Shown one piece after another: positions 41,269 to 54,901 of a stretch of DNA of 64,000 nt. The notes under the pieces were generated by a model. That model did no database searches, was not told where the DNA came from, and saw nothing but the letters and a program-made list of their open reading frames with translations. This stretch comes from the human T2T-CHM13v2.0 reference genome, Homo sapiens. The first letter of the stretch is position 1. Each line of letters begins with the position of its first letter. The translations under genes and the position numbers were made by a program. The stretch lies in assembly GCF_009914755.1 (NCBI RefSeq), contig NC_060929.1. One strand, written 5' to 3'.

Positions 41269-41710
41269 TGTACTGGAAATCTCTTTGTCCCTCCAAATCT
41301 GTTCTTCAGCTACCTTTTGTTCAGGAAATTGACCTGTATGGATTCCAACAACAAACTCCATTACCCTCTGACCTCAGTTGGATTAGGCTAATGGAGAACC
41401 CTGAAAGAAGATCAGACAGAAGAAGGAAAATGTGACCAGTACTGGGGCTCCCGCTTTGAAGACAGTGAGCTGGCTGTGTTTCCTGTTGAAGGTCACTACT
41501 CCTGTCAATGCAGTCCTGTCTACATTACTTTCTTTTCTGGGTTTTAGCATTGGTAACATTTCTGTTACTACTATTCCTGGGGTCCCTGATCTCCTCTTTA
41601 GTCCCCAACATTCCACCCACAACTTGGTAAACAGTCTTCTTTTTAAAACTTCCTTCAACTTTGTAACTTAAGAGTGACATCTGTTCTCTGTTGGGACCCT
41701 GCCTGTGTAG
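41269..41710 (+). mobile_element. LTR33-like ERVL solo LTR
   Basis: tttgtccctccaaatc...tgacctgtatgga...ccctctgacctcagttggattaggctaatgg...gagtgacatctgttctctgttgggaccctg matches recalled LTR33 landmarks. Confidence 0.7.
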
Positions 41711-41986
41711 CATATAGGTAGAAAGGGGAGAATGCACATGGGAAAACGGAAAGAAAACTCACATGAGAGTCAAGAAACATTGGCTCAACATCTATCACTA
41801 ATAAATCTATGCACTGAAGAAAGCCATTTATCTTCTCTAGGCATCTTTTTATTTTTAAAGAGCAAATTTGCGAAGGGATCTGAAGTTTCTTTTTGCCTTT
41901 AAAAATTTATATTTCTATGACTCTAAATATAGAAAACATGATTATAAGACAGTTGGTATCTGTTTTTTTACATCCTTCTTGCATCC

Positions 41987-42400
41987 TGTGGCACACTACT
42001 GATTGCTTTATCAATATTCATCCTTATTCTGCTACAGAACCCCCCAAAATTTGGGGTGGCAACATGCCCAGCTTAATAAAACATATGATTTATACATTTT
42101 GGAAGAATAGGGCAGCCAAGTGATTTAGTATTGGCTAATGAGGTAAAAGTCAAAGTTACTGGATGGGGCCTCTGGAAACATGTAAGGCTGTCTCAGGGGA
42201 ATGTGTGCTTTTTCTGCCCTCTGTCCTTCCTATTCTTTCCTGAAATTTGGGTGTAATAGTTAGGGTGGGGAGGTCTTCCGGAGAGTGATCGTGGCAGGCT
42301 GGTGCGACAACATGTGGAAGTGGCATGCCAGCCTTGGGTGGTCTTTCAACTTATTTCCTGAGAGAGCTTACATAATGACGTTTTTGGTGTTTCTCCAACA
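41987..42400 (+). mobile_element. Old MaLR (MLT1J/K-like) LTR remnant
   Basis: tgtggca...acagaacccc...ggcaacatgcccagct...ttggctaatgag.taaaagt. Confidence 0.5.
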
Positions 42401-42689
42401 TAAAGTCTTTTTTTATTTCTCTAACTCAAAGTAGAACATAATCACTGTTATACACACACACACAAACACACACACACCATTTACTCCTCGAAACACTCAG
42501 ATCAGGACTCTGTACTTAAATGTCACAATAAAGTCTACTTCCCATTTTTAGTCATATAAGCAATCCAGTGCCTCAAAGTTTACCAGCACTGTGCTGAAAA
42601 CCAGGTAAGGCTCTAATTCCCAAAGTGACAGCTAACTTGTCTAATCCATGTGGTTTCCTTATCCTAAAACTTACCAGTTTCACTTACAG

Positions 42690-43420
<731 letters not shown>

Positions 43421-43432
43421 ATGTTGAATGCT

Positions 43433-44325
43433 ATCTTAACCAGTTTGGGTTACTCGAATAAAATACAATGGACTGATGTCTTAAACAACAAACATTAATT
43501 TATCACAGTTCTGAAAGTGGGAAGTCCAAAAGTGTCAGTATGGTGGAATTCTTGCTCAGGTTTGTCATCCTGACTATGTCCTCATGTAGCATTTCCTTGG
43601 TGCTTGCACACATAGAAAGATTTTCTCCCCTACTTTTTATAAAGGCACTAATCCCATTCATGGGGTACAGGACACACTACCCCAAAATATGGCACCTTGA
43701 AAACTGAGAAAACAGCAAAAGCAGGAAGGTCACTCTCTGATCTTTTCCCACTTTCTGTGTGAGAGCTAGACATAACAGAATTTTCTGACCTATCTTCCCT
43801 GAAATATATATAACCCTCACATATAACAAGTGCCCTGCCCATGTGTGGAAGAAAGGAATAAAAACACAGAGATGACAACAAGAATCTGAACAAACAGGCC
43901 TTGCTAAGTTTCCCCCAGTTTATTGCCATTAGATCATGTTGCCTTTTGTCCAATCATACTTCTACATGACTGTCTACTCTTCATCAAACCTAAGCATAAA
44001 AATACAGGTATGCGGTTTTCCCTGTTTCTGTGGGTCTTCCTTTCCAAAGGCTCTTGTGCCACATAAAACTTTGTTTAAATAAATTTGTAATATTTTTCTC
44101 TTGTTAATATTTCTTTTGTTGTAGAGGTGTCAGCTACGAATCTTGCCGTGGGTGAGGAAAAGATACTACTTTTCTCTCCCCTATGATGTCATTGGAGCCT
44201 CTACCCTCATAACTCACTTAAACCTAATCACCCCTCAAGGGCCAAACCTCCAAAAACCATTGCTTTGAAGATTAGGACTTCAACATATGAATTTTGGAAA
44301 GACACAAACATTTAGTCCATAAAAA
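43433..44325 (-). mobile_element. MLT1A-type LTR interrupted by a MER34/MER39-type LTR
   Basis: cttaaacaaca..cattaattt.tcacagttctg...gggaagtccaa...ataaaggcactaatcccattca, resuming to ttcaacatatgaattttggaaagacacaaacatttagtccata. Confidence 0.75.
43661..44185 (+). mobile_element. MER34/MER39-family ERV1 solo LTR
   Basis: caggacacactaccccaaaatatggcaccttg...agcaggaaggtcactctctga ... gggtgaggaaaagatactacttttctctccccta. Confidence 0.75.
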
Positions 44326-44539
44326 TGTCAACTTTCTAACACTATTATTAAATAATTATAACCATAAATTTGTGCATGTAGACAGACAAATATTTGGCTT
44401 AGGGCCCACTTTTCTAAACTAATCAAACCATTTCAGAAAACCTTCCAGAATCAGCAATAGTTTTTTTATTCACCATAATACATCAGTTTAAAAAATATAT
44501 ATATCACTTAACTCTCCCACCCCTTTTATATTTCTGCAA

Positions 44540-44952
44540 CTCACAAAGTCATATATGAGAGCTAAAAATTAAAATGATCAACCTCATGAAAATGAGAGTA
44601 AAATGATGGTTACTAGAGACTGAGAAGGGTAGTAGGGAGTGGGGGATTAGGTGAGGGTGGTTAATGGGTGCAATGACATATTTAGATAGAACGAATAAGA
44701 TCTTGTATTTGCCTGCACAACAAGGTGACTACAGTCAATAATCATTTATTATTATTTAGTTATTAAAAATAACTAAAAGCTTTGAGTACAATTGGAATGT
44801 TCCTAACACAAAGATAAATGCATGAGGTGATGGATATTCCAATTACCCTGATATGATTATTACATATTCTATTCCTATATCAAAACTTCACATGTACCCC
44901 ATAAATACATGCACCTACTATGTACCCATAAAATTTTAAAAATTAAAAAAAT
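44540..44952 (+). mobile_element. L1MA (L1MA2/3-like) 3' end
   Basis: gagagtaaaatgatggttactagagactgagaagggtag...gaggtgatggata.tccaattaccctgat...catgtaccccataaata...tatgtacccataaaattttaaaaattaaaaaa. Confidence 0.85.
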
Positions 44953-45737
44953 ACTTATTGTTACCTTCTAGCTTATTTTACATTACTGAGGTGTTAATGG
45001 GATAAAACATGAAGCTCAAGAAGCAGAATAGAGATGGATTACTGCATGTGGCTTAAGAGTAAGAGACACAAAAATCTCCTAAATCCATCTCCTTTGGTCT
45101 AGCATTCAAGGTGCCACACAATCAGGCTCCAGCCTCTTTTCCTACCTTTCTAACTTACTCTATTTCAATCACCCTTCACAAAGCCTCCACTGTAGTCAAT
45201 CTCCTAACTCCCCAACAACACTTAGACTTTCCTGCATCAGTGTTTCTCCTAAGGACTATTTTTGTTCACTACATTCTACATGTCTGGAAAACTGTCTTCT
45301 CTGTCTACATATTTCAATCATATCCATTCTTGAATATCCAGCTCGTATTTTTTCTTCTTCTTTGAAACTATTTTCTTAGACTTGCTATACAAATTCTCAT
45401 TTGTAAAAAGCTTATTTGTTAGCCAATCTGTACAGCATCATCTGCTCTCAACTCACTTGTTTACTATCATATTAGGACTTCTCGCAGTGCCTACCTAGAA
45501 TGGGATAGAGGTTCAATAAAGAGTTTCCAAACATCTAAACTCCAAAATATCTTCAACTACTCTCTTGAAATTTTCTTTAAATTGCATATTTTTATTTTTC
45601 TATTGTCTTCCTACCTAAACCTCTTTGAGAGAAAGAACTATGCTTATTGTATACTTTTCCTGATCTTGCTAAATTCATTGCTTAAAGTGCTCCATAAAAA
45701 TTGATGTTTGCCTTTAAAAGAATAAAAACATTAAAGC

Positions 45738-46095
45738 AGTTGGGCACGGTGGCTCATGCCTGTAATCCCAGCACTTTGGGAGGCCGAGGAGGGCGGATCA
45801 CGAGGTCAGGAAATCGAGACCATCCTGGCTAACATGGTGAAACCCCATCTCTACTAAAAATACAAAAAAAAAAAAAAAAAAAAAAAATTAGCCAGGCTTG
45901 GTGGCGGGCACCTGTAGTCCCAGCTACTCAGGAGGCTGAGGCAGGAGAATGGCGTGAACCCGGGAGTTGGAGCTTGCCTTGGGCAGAGATCGCACCACTG
46001 CATTCCAGCCTGGGTGATAGAGCTAGACTCCGCCTCAAACAAACAAACAAACAAAAAACAAAAACAAAAAAAATAAAAACAACAACAACTAAAAT
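45738..46095 (+). mobile_element. AluY with middle A-tract expanded to A24 and (AAAC)n tail
   Basis: ggatcacgaggtcagg.aatcgagaccatcctggctaac and gaatggcgtgaacccgggag, with TSD attaaagc on both sides. Confidence 0.95.
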
Positions 46096-48098
46096 TAAAG
46101 CTGTGCCTAAGAATCGTGTCAACATATTAATTTCCTCTCTTTTAAAAACACACCATGAAATCAAGTCCTAATAATTTCTGCAGAAAATAAGAAGATTAAA
46201 TTTATTTTTTGAGTCAGGTTACATATGGTTCAGAATCACAACACAGGAGAGAAAAAAATTCTTCATAATCAAATTTGCCAAAATGTTCCAAAATCTGGGG
46301 AAACAGTATTACTTTCACTAATAAGATGCCATGAAATGCAATATAAAATCACAAATATTATTAAATTATTTCATAAACTACATTTGGAGATTTTTAAAAA
46401 TAACTTTAGCACTTTCCTATTATATATATTTTTGCTGTTTATTACTGACAATGTTGAAAATGTATCTAGAATACAGAGTTGCAGTCTTAGTATTTTAGTT
46501 CTCCATTAATGAATAAGATTAGATTAAATAAACAATGCGATAGAAAAATAACGTTTACTGCTGTTGTCTATCCTGGAAAGCACATTCATTTCTCTCATAC
46601 TGTGTATATACATGCATATACATATACACATGTAGTTTATATATTACACATAGGAAATTATCCATATCATCACTAATTATAATAGATGTTTTCAATCAAG
46701 GGGTCATTTCTTATCAATCTCATTAACGGTCCATAGTTTGGGTGTTTGTCATTTGAATATAATTAAACCGGAGAAAATGGCATCGATGTTTTATTACAAT
46801 TACCTAGAATATAATGCCTGGCACACTGTAACTGACAGCAAGGGATAAGTGGTGGTTTGTACTTTTTCTTGCCAAACTTTTAAACTAGTCCCTATTGCCG
46901 GGCATAATATAAAATCAACAGCATAAGTTAACTGCAGTGGTATATGCCCACACTTAACAGCTTCTGCCTTCTTACCCTGTGCATCACTCAATTAAGTACT
47001 TAACACAGTTTATATGCACATAATTATAATTAACTCCATCTGTGTGGCATTTCACTTAATACCAAGAAATTCATTTATTTGATCATTTGATAAACTCAAA
47101 AATCATTCATTAAATCCTTTGACATTAATTACAAAAGTGCATAAAATAACTCTAGGATAATTCTTGTTAACATATTAGTAATCACATCAAGATGTCAAAT
47201 AATACTTTCAAGTAGAACTGGGTAAGTTAGTGATTTTAGCTGAGAAGATGGCAGAAGAAATTTCATATGAGGATGGTAGTGATCGAAAGAGAGGGCAGGA
47301 GAAATAAAGATTTAGAGGAGAAAATAATCTAATTCCCAGTAAATTAGAACAAAGAAACAACTACTTTGTAAAGGACTAAGTAATGAAGTAGTTTGAGCCA
47401 TTTGAGGAAGAGCTTTGAATTAATTCTATGCTACACATTTTAAAATGAATTAGAGATTTAGAAAAGAATCATTGGAATTCAAGGATAGAAATGTATTGTG
47501 ATTTTATTCATTGATTAAGAGATTTTACCGACAGAAGAGTGTGATACGGAATCAAGTCAGGAGAGAAGGGAGGCTGGCAGATTAACTAAGGGATTTCGTT
47601 TGTAACCTAAATATGAAATAATACTTGAAAAAGACAGATGCTTGGGAATGACAAAAGATAGAACACATAAAAAGCATATAACAAACTAGAACTTGATGTG
47701 AAAGCAAAAATGAGCTGATTAATGGTGTTGTTGTAATTCTGTGGGAATGAGAAGATAGGTACTAGGTATATATGTTCCTGAGCCAGGATAAACAAGATTC
47801 TTCTATGCCGCCTCTCCTCTCTTAAAGTAGGGTTTCATCTTTCTCTGTAGTTAATTCCATTTAACTGTTTGAATAGGCAAAAATTGTTGAAATCAAGTAT
47901 GATGAATCTCATGCATGTGATTCTTACGTTGCAATATTTACATGTATGGTGAATACCTTTTTGTTCTGTCCATTTTAGGGCTCACTTATTTGGAAACCTC
48001 CAAACAAATGGATTATGGAGCTAATGTGAATGGTTAGTCATGGAAATCTCTCTCTTTTCTTCATGGGAGCAAGAACTTAAACAAACAGGATATGTCCC

Positions 48099-48459
48099 TG
48101 ATATGGTTTGGTTCTGTGTCTCCACCCAAATCTCACCTTGAATTGTAATAGTCCCCACATGTCATGGGAGGGACCTGGTGGAGGTAATTGAATCGTGGTT
48201 GTGAGTTTTACCTGTGCTGTTCTCATGATCGTGAATAAGTCTCATGAGATCTGATGGTTTTACAAAGGGGAGTTTCCCTGCACATACTTTCTCTTGCCTG
48301 CTGGCATGTAAGACATAACTTTGCTCTTTCTTCCCCTTCTGCCATGATTGTGAGGCCTCCTCAGCTGTGTGGAACTGTGAGTTCGTTAAACCTCTTTCCT
48401 TTATAAATTACCCAGTCTCAGGTATGTGTTTATTAGCAGCATGAGAACGAACTAATACA
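48099..48459 (+). mobile_element. THE1 (THE1C-like) solo LTR with perfect TSD GTCCC
   Basis: tgatatggtttgg ... actaataca, with GTCCC at 48094-48098 and 48460-48464. Confidence 0.93.
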
Positions 48460-50954
48460 GTCCCTGAGAAGAATTCAGAAGCACTCAAGTCTGCTCTTCA
48501 TATGAAATCTGAGAATGTGTGTTTATGTATTTAACTGTACTAAAAATAAAAAACCTTACATTTCTTCTCCAATTGCCTGCTAAACTAAAGGAAAAATTTT
48601 AAACTATAGTGTAGACAAAAGTAATTATGTAATCTGAATTTGTAATAAAATTTAGCAGTTTCTATGTCACATGAAAGGTATACTCAACAGTCTTGCAATG
48701 TTTTATACTATATGGCTATAATTATAATAAATATACATATTCATTATATTATAATATGAATTTTAATTCATAATACATGCCTATAATATGACACACATAT
48801 TCGAGTAGTCTTGCTGTGCTTCAAATGAGATAAGGTTAAATTCTTTTTGCATACCAGCATTTTCTATGAGTTGACTCCTACACAGCATGTTGACATTGGT
48901 CAGCTGTATTTTTCTTAAAATGTTTTCTTCTTAAGGTGCTTCTTACAAGCTGCTTGTTTCTAAGATACCAAGATACCAAGGGCTGAATACATCACAATTT
49001 TCTACCTTTAAATGTCAAAAGCAAAACAGAAAAAAAAAATACAAAAGAACTAGTGGCTGTTCCCAGAATGTAGTACACTGGCTTATCTTGTTTATTTTTT
49101 ATGACAAGTGGTACCAAATCCAGGTTTTAGTTTTTAGGTTTTAGTTCTATTTTTATAGTTAACATTAAGTCTTATAACTGTTCTGCTAATAAAAAATCTT
49201 TGCCTCTTTCTAAAATATCTGAATATTTATGTTTTCTCCAAAATCTGTTCAATCTCTCTTCCTATACTATTCCTAGGTATCCTACAAATTAACTTGCAAA
49301 GCAGTCAGGTGTTTTGTTAGATGTGACCAAAATCTAGATTTTTGACAACATAATTTTTGGGGAAAAGTTATAATTACATTGATCAATAATTAGTGTTGGT
49401 AAAATGTAATATTCCTAAGATATAGATACATATATCAAATGTTTGGTTGCACTAAATTGCTTTTATTTGTTCTTGTGCTTGTTGACTATAGTTATTGATA
49501 ACATTTTTACATTAAAACAAAGTATAAAATGTTTTTATGTCATGTAGCATAAGAGTATTACAAGAGAGTATTCAGGTCCTTGCTCAACTTGGCTCTGAAA
49601 ACAGATCCTGCTTTGCTATGATTGTATGAAGATAGTTTTTTCATTATGCTCCATTTTCAAAATTTTAGAGCATTATCTGAAGGAGAACTTTATATCCTCA
49701 GCCTGTGAAATCTGTAGTATGGTGGAAAGAGGGTGTATTGTAGAGTTAGATGGTTCTTAAGTAAAATTCTTACTTGGTTTTTTACTTGCTGTTTTTCATT
49801 GTTCAAGCCACTTAATATCTATGAACCTGTATTCACTTCTATTCTTTATCTATGGATAAAACTCATAGAAACATTAAAAGAATTAAATAAGATAATGAAT
49901 GCAAAGCACCTGGCATATGATAGATGCAACATTTGTAAATACTTTGAAAAAAACAGAACTACTACTCCTAGTCTCACTATGAAACAATTGATATATTGTA
50001 CAATTTGATTTTTAGAGATGATTTTGGTCAGTTTCAAATTTTCTTCTAGGAGTTCAGTTCTCCTGTTAATGTTAATGAGTTTATTTTATTTAGAATTTTG
50101 ATGATCAATGTCAAGTTTCTCTTGGGTCCTTACTTTCCCTTCTTCTTTATCATTAACTTGCTTTTCAACTATCTTACTGCTAACTTGAAGAAATTTAGAA
50201 TCATTCATTTAAAAAAAATTCATGTCACTCTAATTCACTGTGTACTCATAAATTTGTAAAAATGAATTACATTAGCAAATTTTGTATTTAAGTATTTAAT
50301 AGCTAATTTATATACACATTTAATTTTTAACTTTGTTTTACTAGCAATAAAGGCAACTGCACATTTTTATATTAAACATTTAGTATGATTTGAACTGATT
50401 TAATATCTTTCATTTATTATTAAATTAATGCATTGTTATCACCCTGCAGCATTTGGAAACCAAATTTGGGCTTGAAATAATATAGCAAAAAGATAGAAAG
50501 GCTGGAATGAGTAACAGTCCACTGAAATGACAGAAAAAGCTGAAATAGCAAGGAAAGGATAGGAAAGATTAAAAAGCTAAATAAAATATTAATGTACTAT
50601 ATATATTATACACAATATAATGTTTCATATGTAATCGGAAAAGTGCATAAGGAAGTCAATAAAGGCTTGAGAGAAAAAATGGAAACAATATTCTGTACCC
50701 AACTGGAAAATACCTAGTACAAAATAATAGTAATGTTAGCCAGGAACTTGACAAATTATTTTGAATAAAGTATTCTAAGGGCTTTGAATGCATTGTCATT
50801 TAGCCCTCAAAATAACCTTTAGAGGTTTGAATTATTATTATCTTTATAGGTGATGGAACTGATGCTCAAAGAAGTTAATGTGCACTCTGAGAATCACAGA
50901 ATTTATAAGAAATGATGGCAATGACAATCTCAAGATTTTGTCTCAATAGCCACC

Positions 50955-51230
50955 TCTTCTAGTTATACATTATTGTAAAAGAAACCAGCCCAAAAGTTAG
51001 TGGATTAAAATAACAATCATTTACTTTTCCCAGGAATGTGAAATTTGGGCAGGGCTCAGCAAGAATGGCTCTTCTCTGATCTGTTCAGCTTTATATGGGG
51101 GCTTCTCAACCGGGGCTAGATAATCCACTTCCAATATATATCCCTTACTCACATAGCTGACAAGTTAGTGCTGGCTGTGTATTAAAACCTCAGCTGGGGC
51201 TAATGGCTGGGGAGGGAGAGCTCATCTCTT
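50955..51230 (-). mobile_element. Old MLT1 LTR fragment
   Basis: cccaaaagttagtggattaaaataacaatcattta...aatttgggcagggctcagc...ggctaga.aatccacttccaa...actcacatagctgacaagtt.gtgctggctgt. Confidence 0.65.
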
Positions 51231-51289
51231 TTGAGAGGGGTGAATGTGAGGACACGAGTTGCATGACAGATAAGAAAAAAAAAGGTGCA

Positions 51290-51720
51290 ATCAATTAATT
51301 GATTTAATTTCCCAGTGGGCTGTAAACATTTCTGGAATTGAGAAAATAGAGGGAATAAACTGGAAAGCTATGAACTCATGGCCAGAAAGCAGAATGTTTG
51401 AGATTTTGGAAGGAATATTGAATTGGTAATGAAAGTGTCTGGGCAAAGAGCTTAAGAGTGAGTGGCTGTGGTAGGCTGGCAGATAGGTCATCGAAGGAGG
51501 TGAAAGAGTCATCTATTTGGATACTGAAATCCAGAAGAAAAATAGCAGAAGTAGTAGTGGACACACTGACAGTGAGCCTGGAGATGAGACCTTCAAACAA
51601 CATAGGAAAGTAATTTTCATGGGGCATAGGGGAGAAGTGGTGGGGATAGACTATAATATGGAGTGGTAGTTAACAGTACAGTAATGATATCAAAGATGGA
51701 TTTTTTTTTTTAAGAAAGGC
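51290..51720 (-). mobile_element. L2 fragment
   Basis: Purine-rich antisense L2 motifs (gagtgagtggctg.ggtagg...gataggtcatcgaagg, gacagtgagcc.gg.g...agaccttcaa). Confidence 0.5.
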
Positions 51721-52433
51721 AAGATAATGTTCCGTAAGCAGTAATATAAATAAGAATTGAGCTATTATAAGTACAAAGACTCTAGGCATAAAGAAATACA
51801 AACACAAAACAAAAATCTTCCAATATATTATTTCTTATAAATCCCTGGATAATAAAATTAATATAAAAGAATAAAACTCCAACATTCATCAAATTATCTG
51901 TCTTACAATTAGGCAGATCCTAATTACAGAAAGAATAGGTAACACTGACATGACTAAAAATGTGACTTAGCCACAGCAATTTGCTGAGTTGATCTCAAAA
52001 GTGGTAAGACCATGTTATAGTCGATGATTCTTAACTTTTATTTTATGGTTCAGGGGTACATGTGTAGGTTTGTTATATAGGTAAACTGTGTGTCTTAGGG
52101 GTTTGGTGTACAGATTATTTTGTCATCCAGGTAATCAGCATAATAACAGATAGGTAGTTTTTTTTTTTTTATTCTCTCCCTTCTCCCACCCTCCACCCTC
52201 AAGTCTGCCCCAGTGTTTGCTGCTCCCCTCTTTGTGTCCATGTGTTCTTATTGTTTAGTTCCCACTTATAAGCGAGAATATGTGGTATTATTCTTTCTCT
52301 TCCTACATTAGTTAACTTAGGATAATGCCTTGGGCTCCATGTTGCTGCAAAGAACATGATATTGTTCTTTTTTATGGATGTGTAGTATCCCATGGTGTTT
52401 ATATACCACATTTTTTAAAATTTACTCCATCAT

Positions 52434-52578
52434 CGGGCGCTTGTAGTCCCAGCTACTCAGGAGGCTGAGGCAGGAGAATGGCGTGAACATGGGAGGTGGA
52501 GCTTGCAGTGAGCTGAGGTCGCACCACTGGACTCCAGCCTGGGCGACAGAGCGAGACTCTGCCTCAAAAAAAAGAAAA
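52434..52578 (+). mobile_element. 5'-truncated AluY (right arm) nested in L1
   Basis: tgtagtcccagctactcaggaggctgaggcaggagaatggcgtgaac...ggagcttgcagtgag, with TSD aaaatttactcca / aaaaattactcca. Confidence 0.92.
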
Positions 52579-54522
52579 ATTACTCCACTATTCATGGGCA
52601 TTTAGGCTGATTCCATGTCTTTGCTATTGTGAATAGTGCTGCAATGAATATATGTGCCATGTGTCTTTATGATACAATGATTTATATTCCTTTGGGTATA
52701 TACCCAATATTAGGATTCCTGGGTCAAATTATAATCTTGTTTTAAGTTCTTTGAGGAATTGCTACACTGCTTTCCACAATGGTTGAACTAAACTCCCAGC
52801 AGCAGTGTATAAGCATTCTCTTTTCTCTGTAACTTTACCAGCATCTGTTATTTTTTGGCTTTTTACTAGTAGCCATTCTGAATCGTGTGAAATGGCATCT
52901 CATTTGTGGTTTTGATTTGCATTTCTCTAATGATTAGTAATGTTGAATACTTTTTCATATGCACTTGTTGGCTGCATGTATGTCTTCTTTTGAAAAGTGT
53001 CTCTTCATGTCCTTTGCCCTCTTTTTAATGGGGTTGTTTTTTTGCTTGTAAATTTAATTTATTCATAGATTTTGGATATTAGACTTTGATGCATAGTTTG
53101 TAAATATTTTATCACATTCTCTATGCTGTCTGTTTACTCTGTTGATAGGTTCTTTTGCTGTGCAGAAACTCTTGAGCTTAATTAGGTTTCCGTTCTCAAT
53201 TTTTGCTTTTGTTGCAATTGCTTTTGGCATCTTTATCATGAAATATTTGCTGGTTCCTATGTCCAGAATGGTATTTCCTAGGTTATCTTCCAGGGTCTTT
53301 ACAGTTTTAGGTTCTATATTTAAGTCATTAATCCATCATGAGTTGATTTTTGTGTATGGTATAGGGAACGGATCCAGTTTCAATCTTTTGCACATGGCTA
53401 ACCAATTATCCCCAAACCATTTATTGACTAGGGAGTCCTTTCTCCGTTGCTTGTTTTTGTCAACTTTGTCAAAGATAAGATGATTATAGGTGTGTAGCAT
53501 TATTTCTGGGCTCTCTATTCTGCTCTATTGGTCTATGTACCTTTTTTTGTAGCGCCACCATACTGTTTTGGTTACTGTAGGCTTGTAACACAGTTTGAGG
53601 TCGGATAACATGATGCCTCCAGCTTTGCTCTTTTTGCTTAGGATTGCCTTGGCTATTTAGGCTCTTTTTTGATTTCATATGAATTTTAAAATAGCTTTTT
53701 TCTAATTCTATGAGAATGTCATTGGTAGTTTCATACAAATAGCATTGAATCTGCAAATTGTTTTAGGCAGCATGACCATTTTAACGATATTGATTTTTTC
53801 CTATCCATGAGCGTATAATGTTTTTCCATTTGTCGCTGTCATCTCTGATTTCTTTGAGCAGTGTCTGGCAGTTCTTATTGCAATTTTTCACCTCCCTAGT
53901 TTGCTGTATTCCTAGGTATTTTATTCTTTTTGTGACTACTTTGAATGGCATTGCTTTCCTGATTTGGCTCTCAGCTTGAATGTTGTTGGTGTATAGGAAT
54001 GATATTAATTTTTGTACACTGATTTTGTATCCTGAAACTTTGCTGAAGTTGTTTATCAGATCAAGGAGCTTTTTGGTAGAGTCTATGGGGTTCTCTAGGT
54101 ATAGAATCATTTTCTCTGCAAAGGGATAGTTTGACTTCATCTCTTCCCATTTGGATGCTTTTTCTTTCCTTCTCTAGTCTGATTGCTCTAGTACTTCTAG
54201 TACTAGATTGCTCTAGGACTAGATTGCTTCTAGTACTAGATTGCTCTAGGACTTCTAGTACTATGTTGAATATGAGTGGTGAGAGAGGGCATCCTTGTTT
54301 TGTGCCAGTTTTCATTGGGAATACTTTCAGCTTTTGCCCATTCAGTATGATGTTGGTTATAGGTTTGTCATAGATGGCTCCTACTATTTTGAAGTATTTC
54401 CTTCATGGCCTAGTGTGTTGAGGGCTTTTCATATGAAGAGATGTTGAATTTTATCAAAAGCCTTTTCTGCATATATTGAGATAATCACGTGGTTCTTGTT
54501 TTTAGTTCTATTTATGTGATGG

Positions 54523-54901
54523 TGTGTTAGTCTGTTCTCATGTTGCTAATAAAGACATATCTGAGACTGGGTAATTTATAAAGAAAAAGAGGTTTAATAG
54601 ACTCGCAGTTTCACATGGCTAGGGAGGCAAACGAGGTGTTTGCCTCATGGTGGAAGGCAGACAAGGAGCAAAGTCACAATTTATGTCTTACATGGAGGCA
54701 GGCAAGAGAGTGTGTGCAGGGGAACTCCCCTTTATAAAACCATCATATCTCATGAGACTTACGCAGTATCATGAGAACAGCACATGGAAAGACCCCCATG
54801 ACCGCAATTACCTCCCACCAGGTCCCTCCCATGACACATGGGAATTATGAGAGCTATAATTCAAGATGAAATTTGAGTGGGGATATAGCCAAATCATATC
54901 A
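54523..54901 (-). mobile_element. THE1 (THE1B/C-like) solo LTR nested in L1, perfect TSD GATGG
   Basis: tgtgttagtc ... gccaaatcatatca, with GATGG at 54518-54522 and 54902-54906. Confidence 0.93.

Noticed and set aside
48737-48775. AT-only near-palindromes (also within 61630-61805 and 19705-19760)
   Set aside because: Expected by chance in A/T-only low-complexity sequence.
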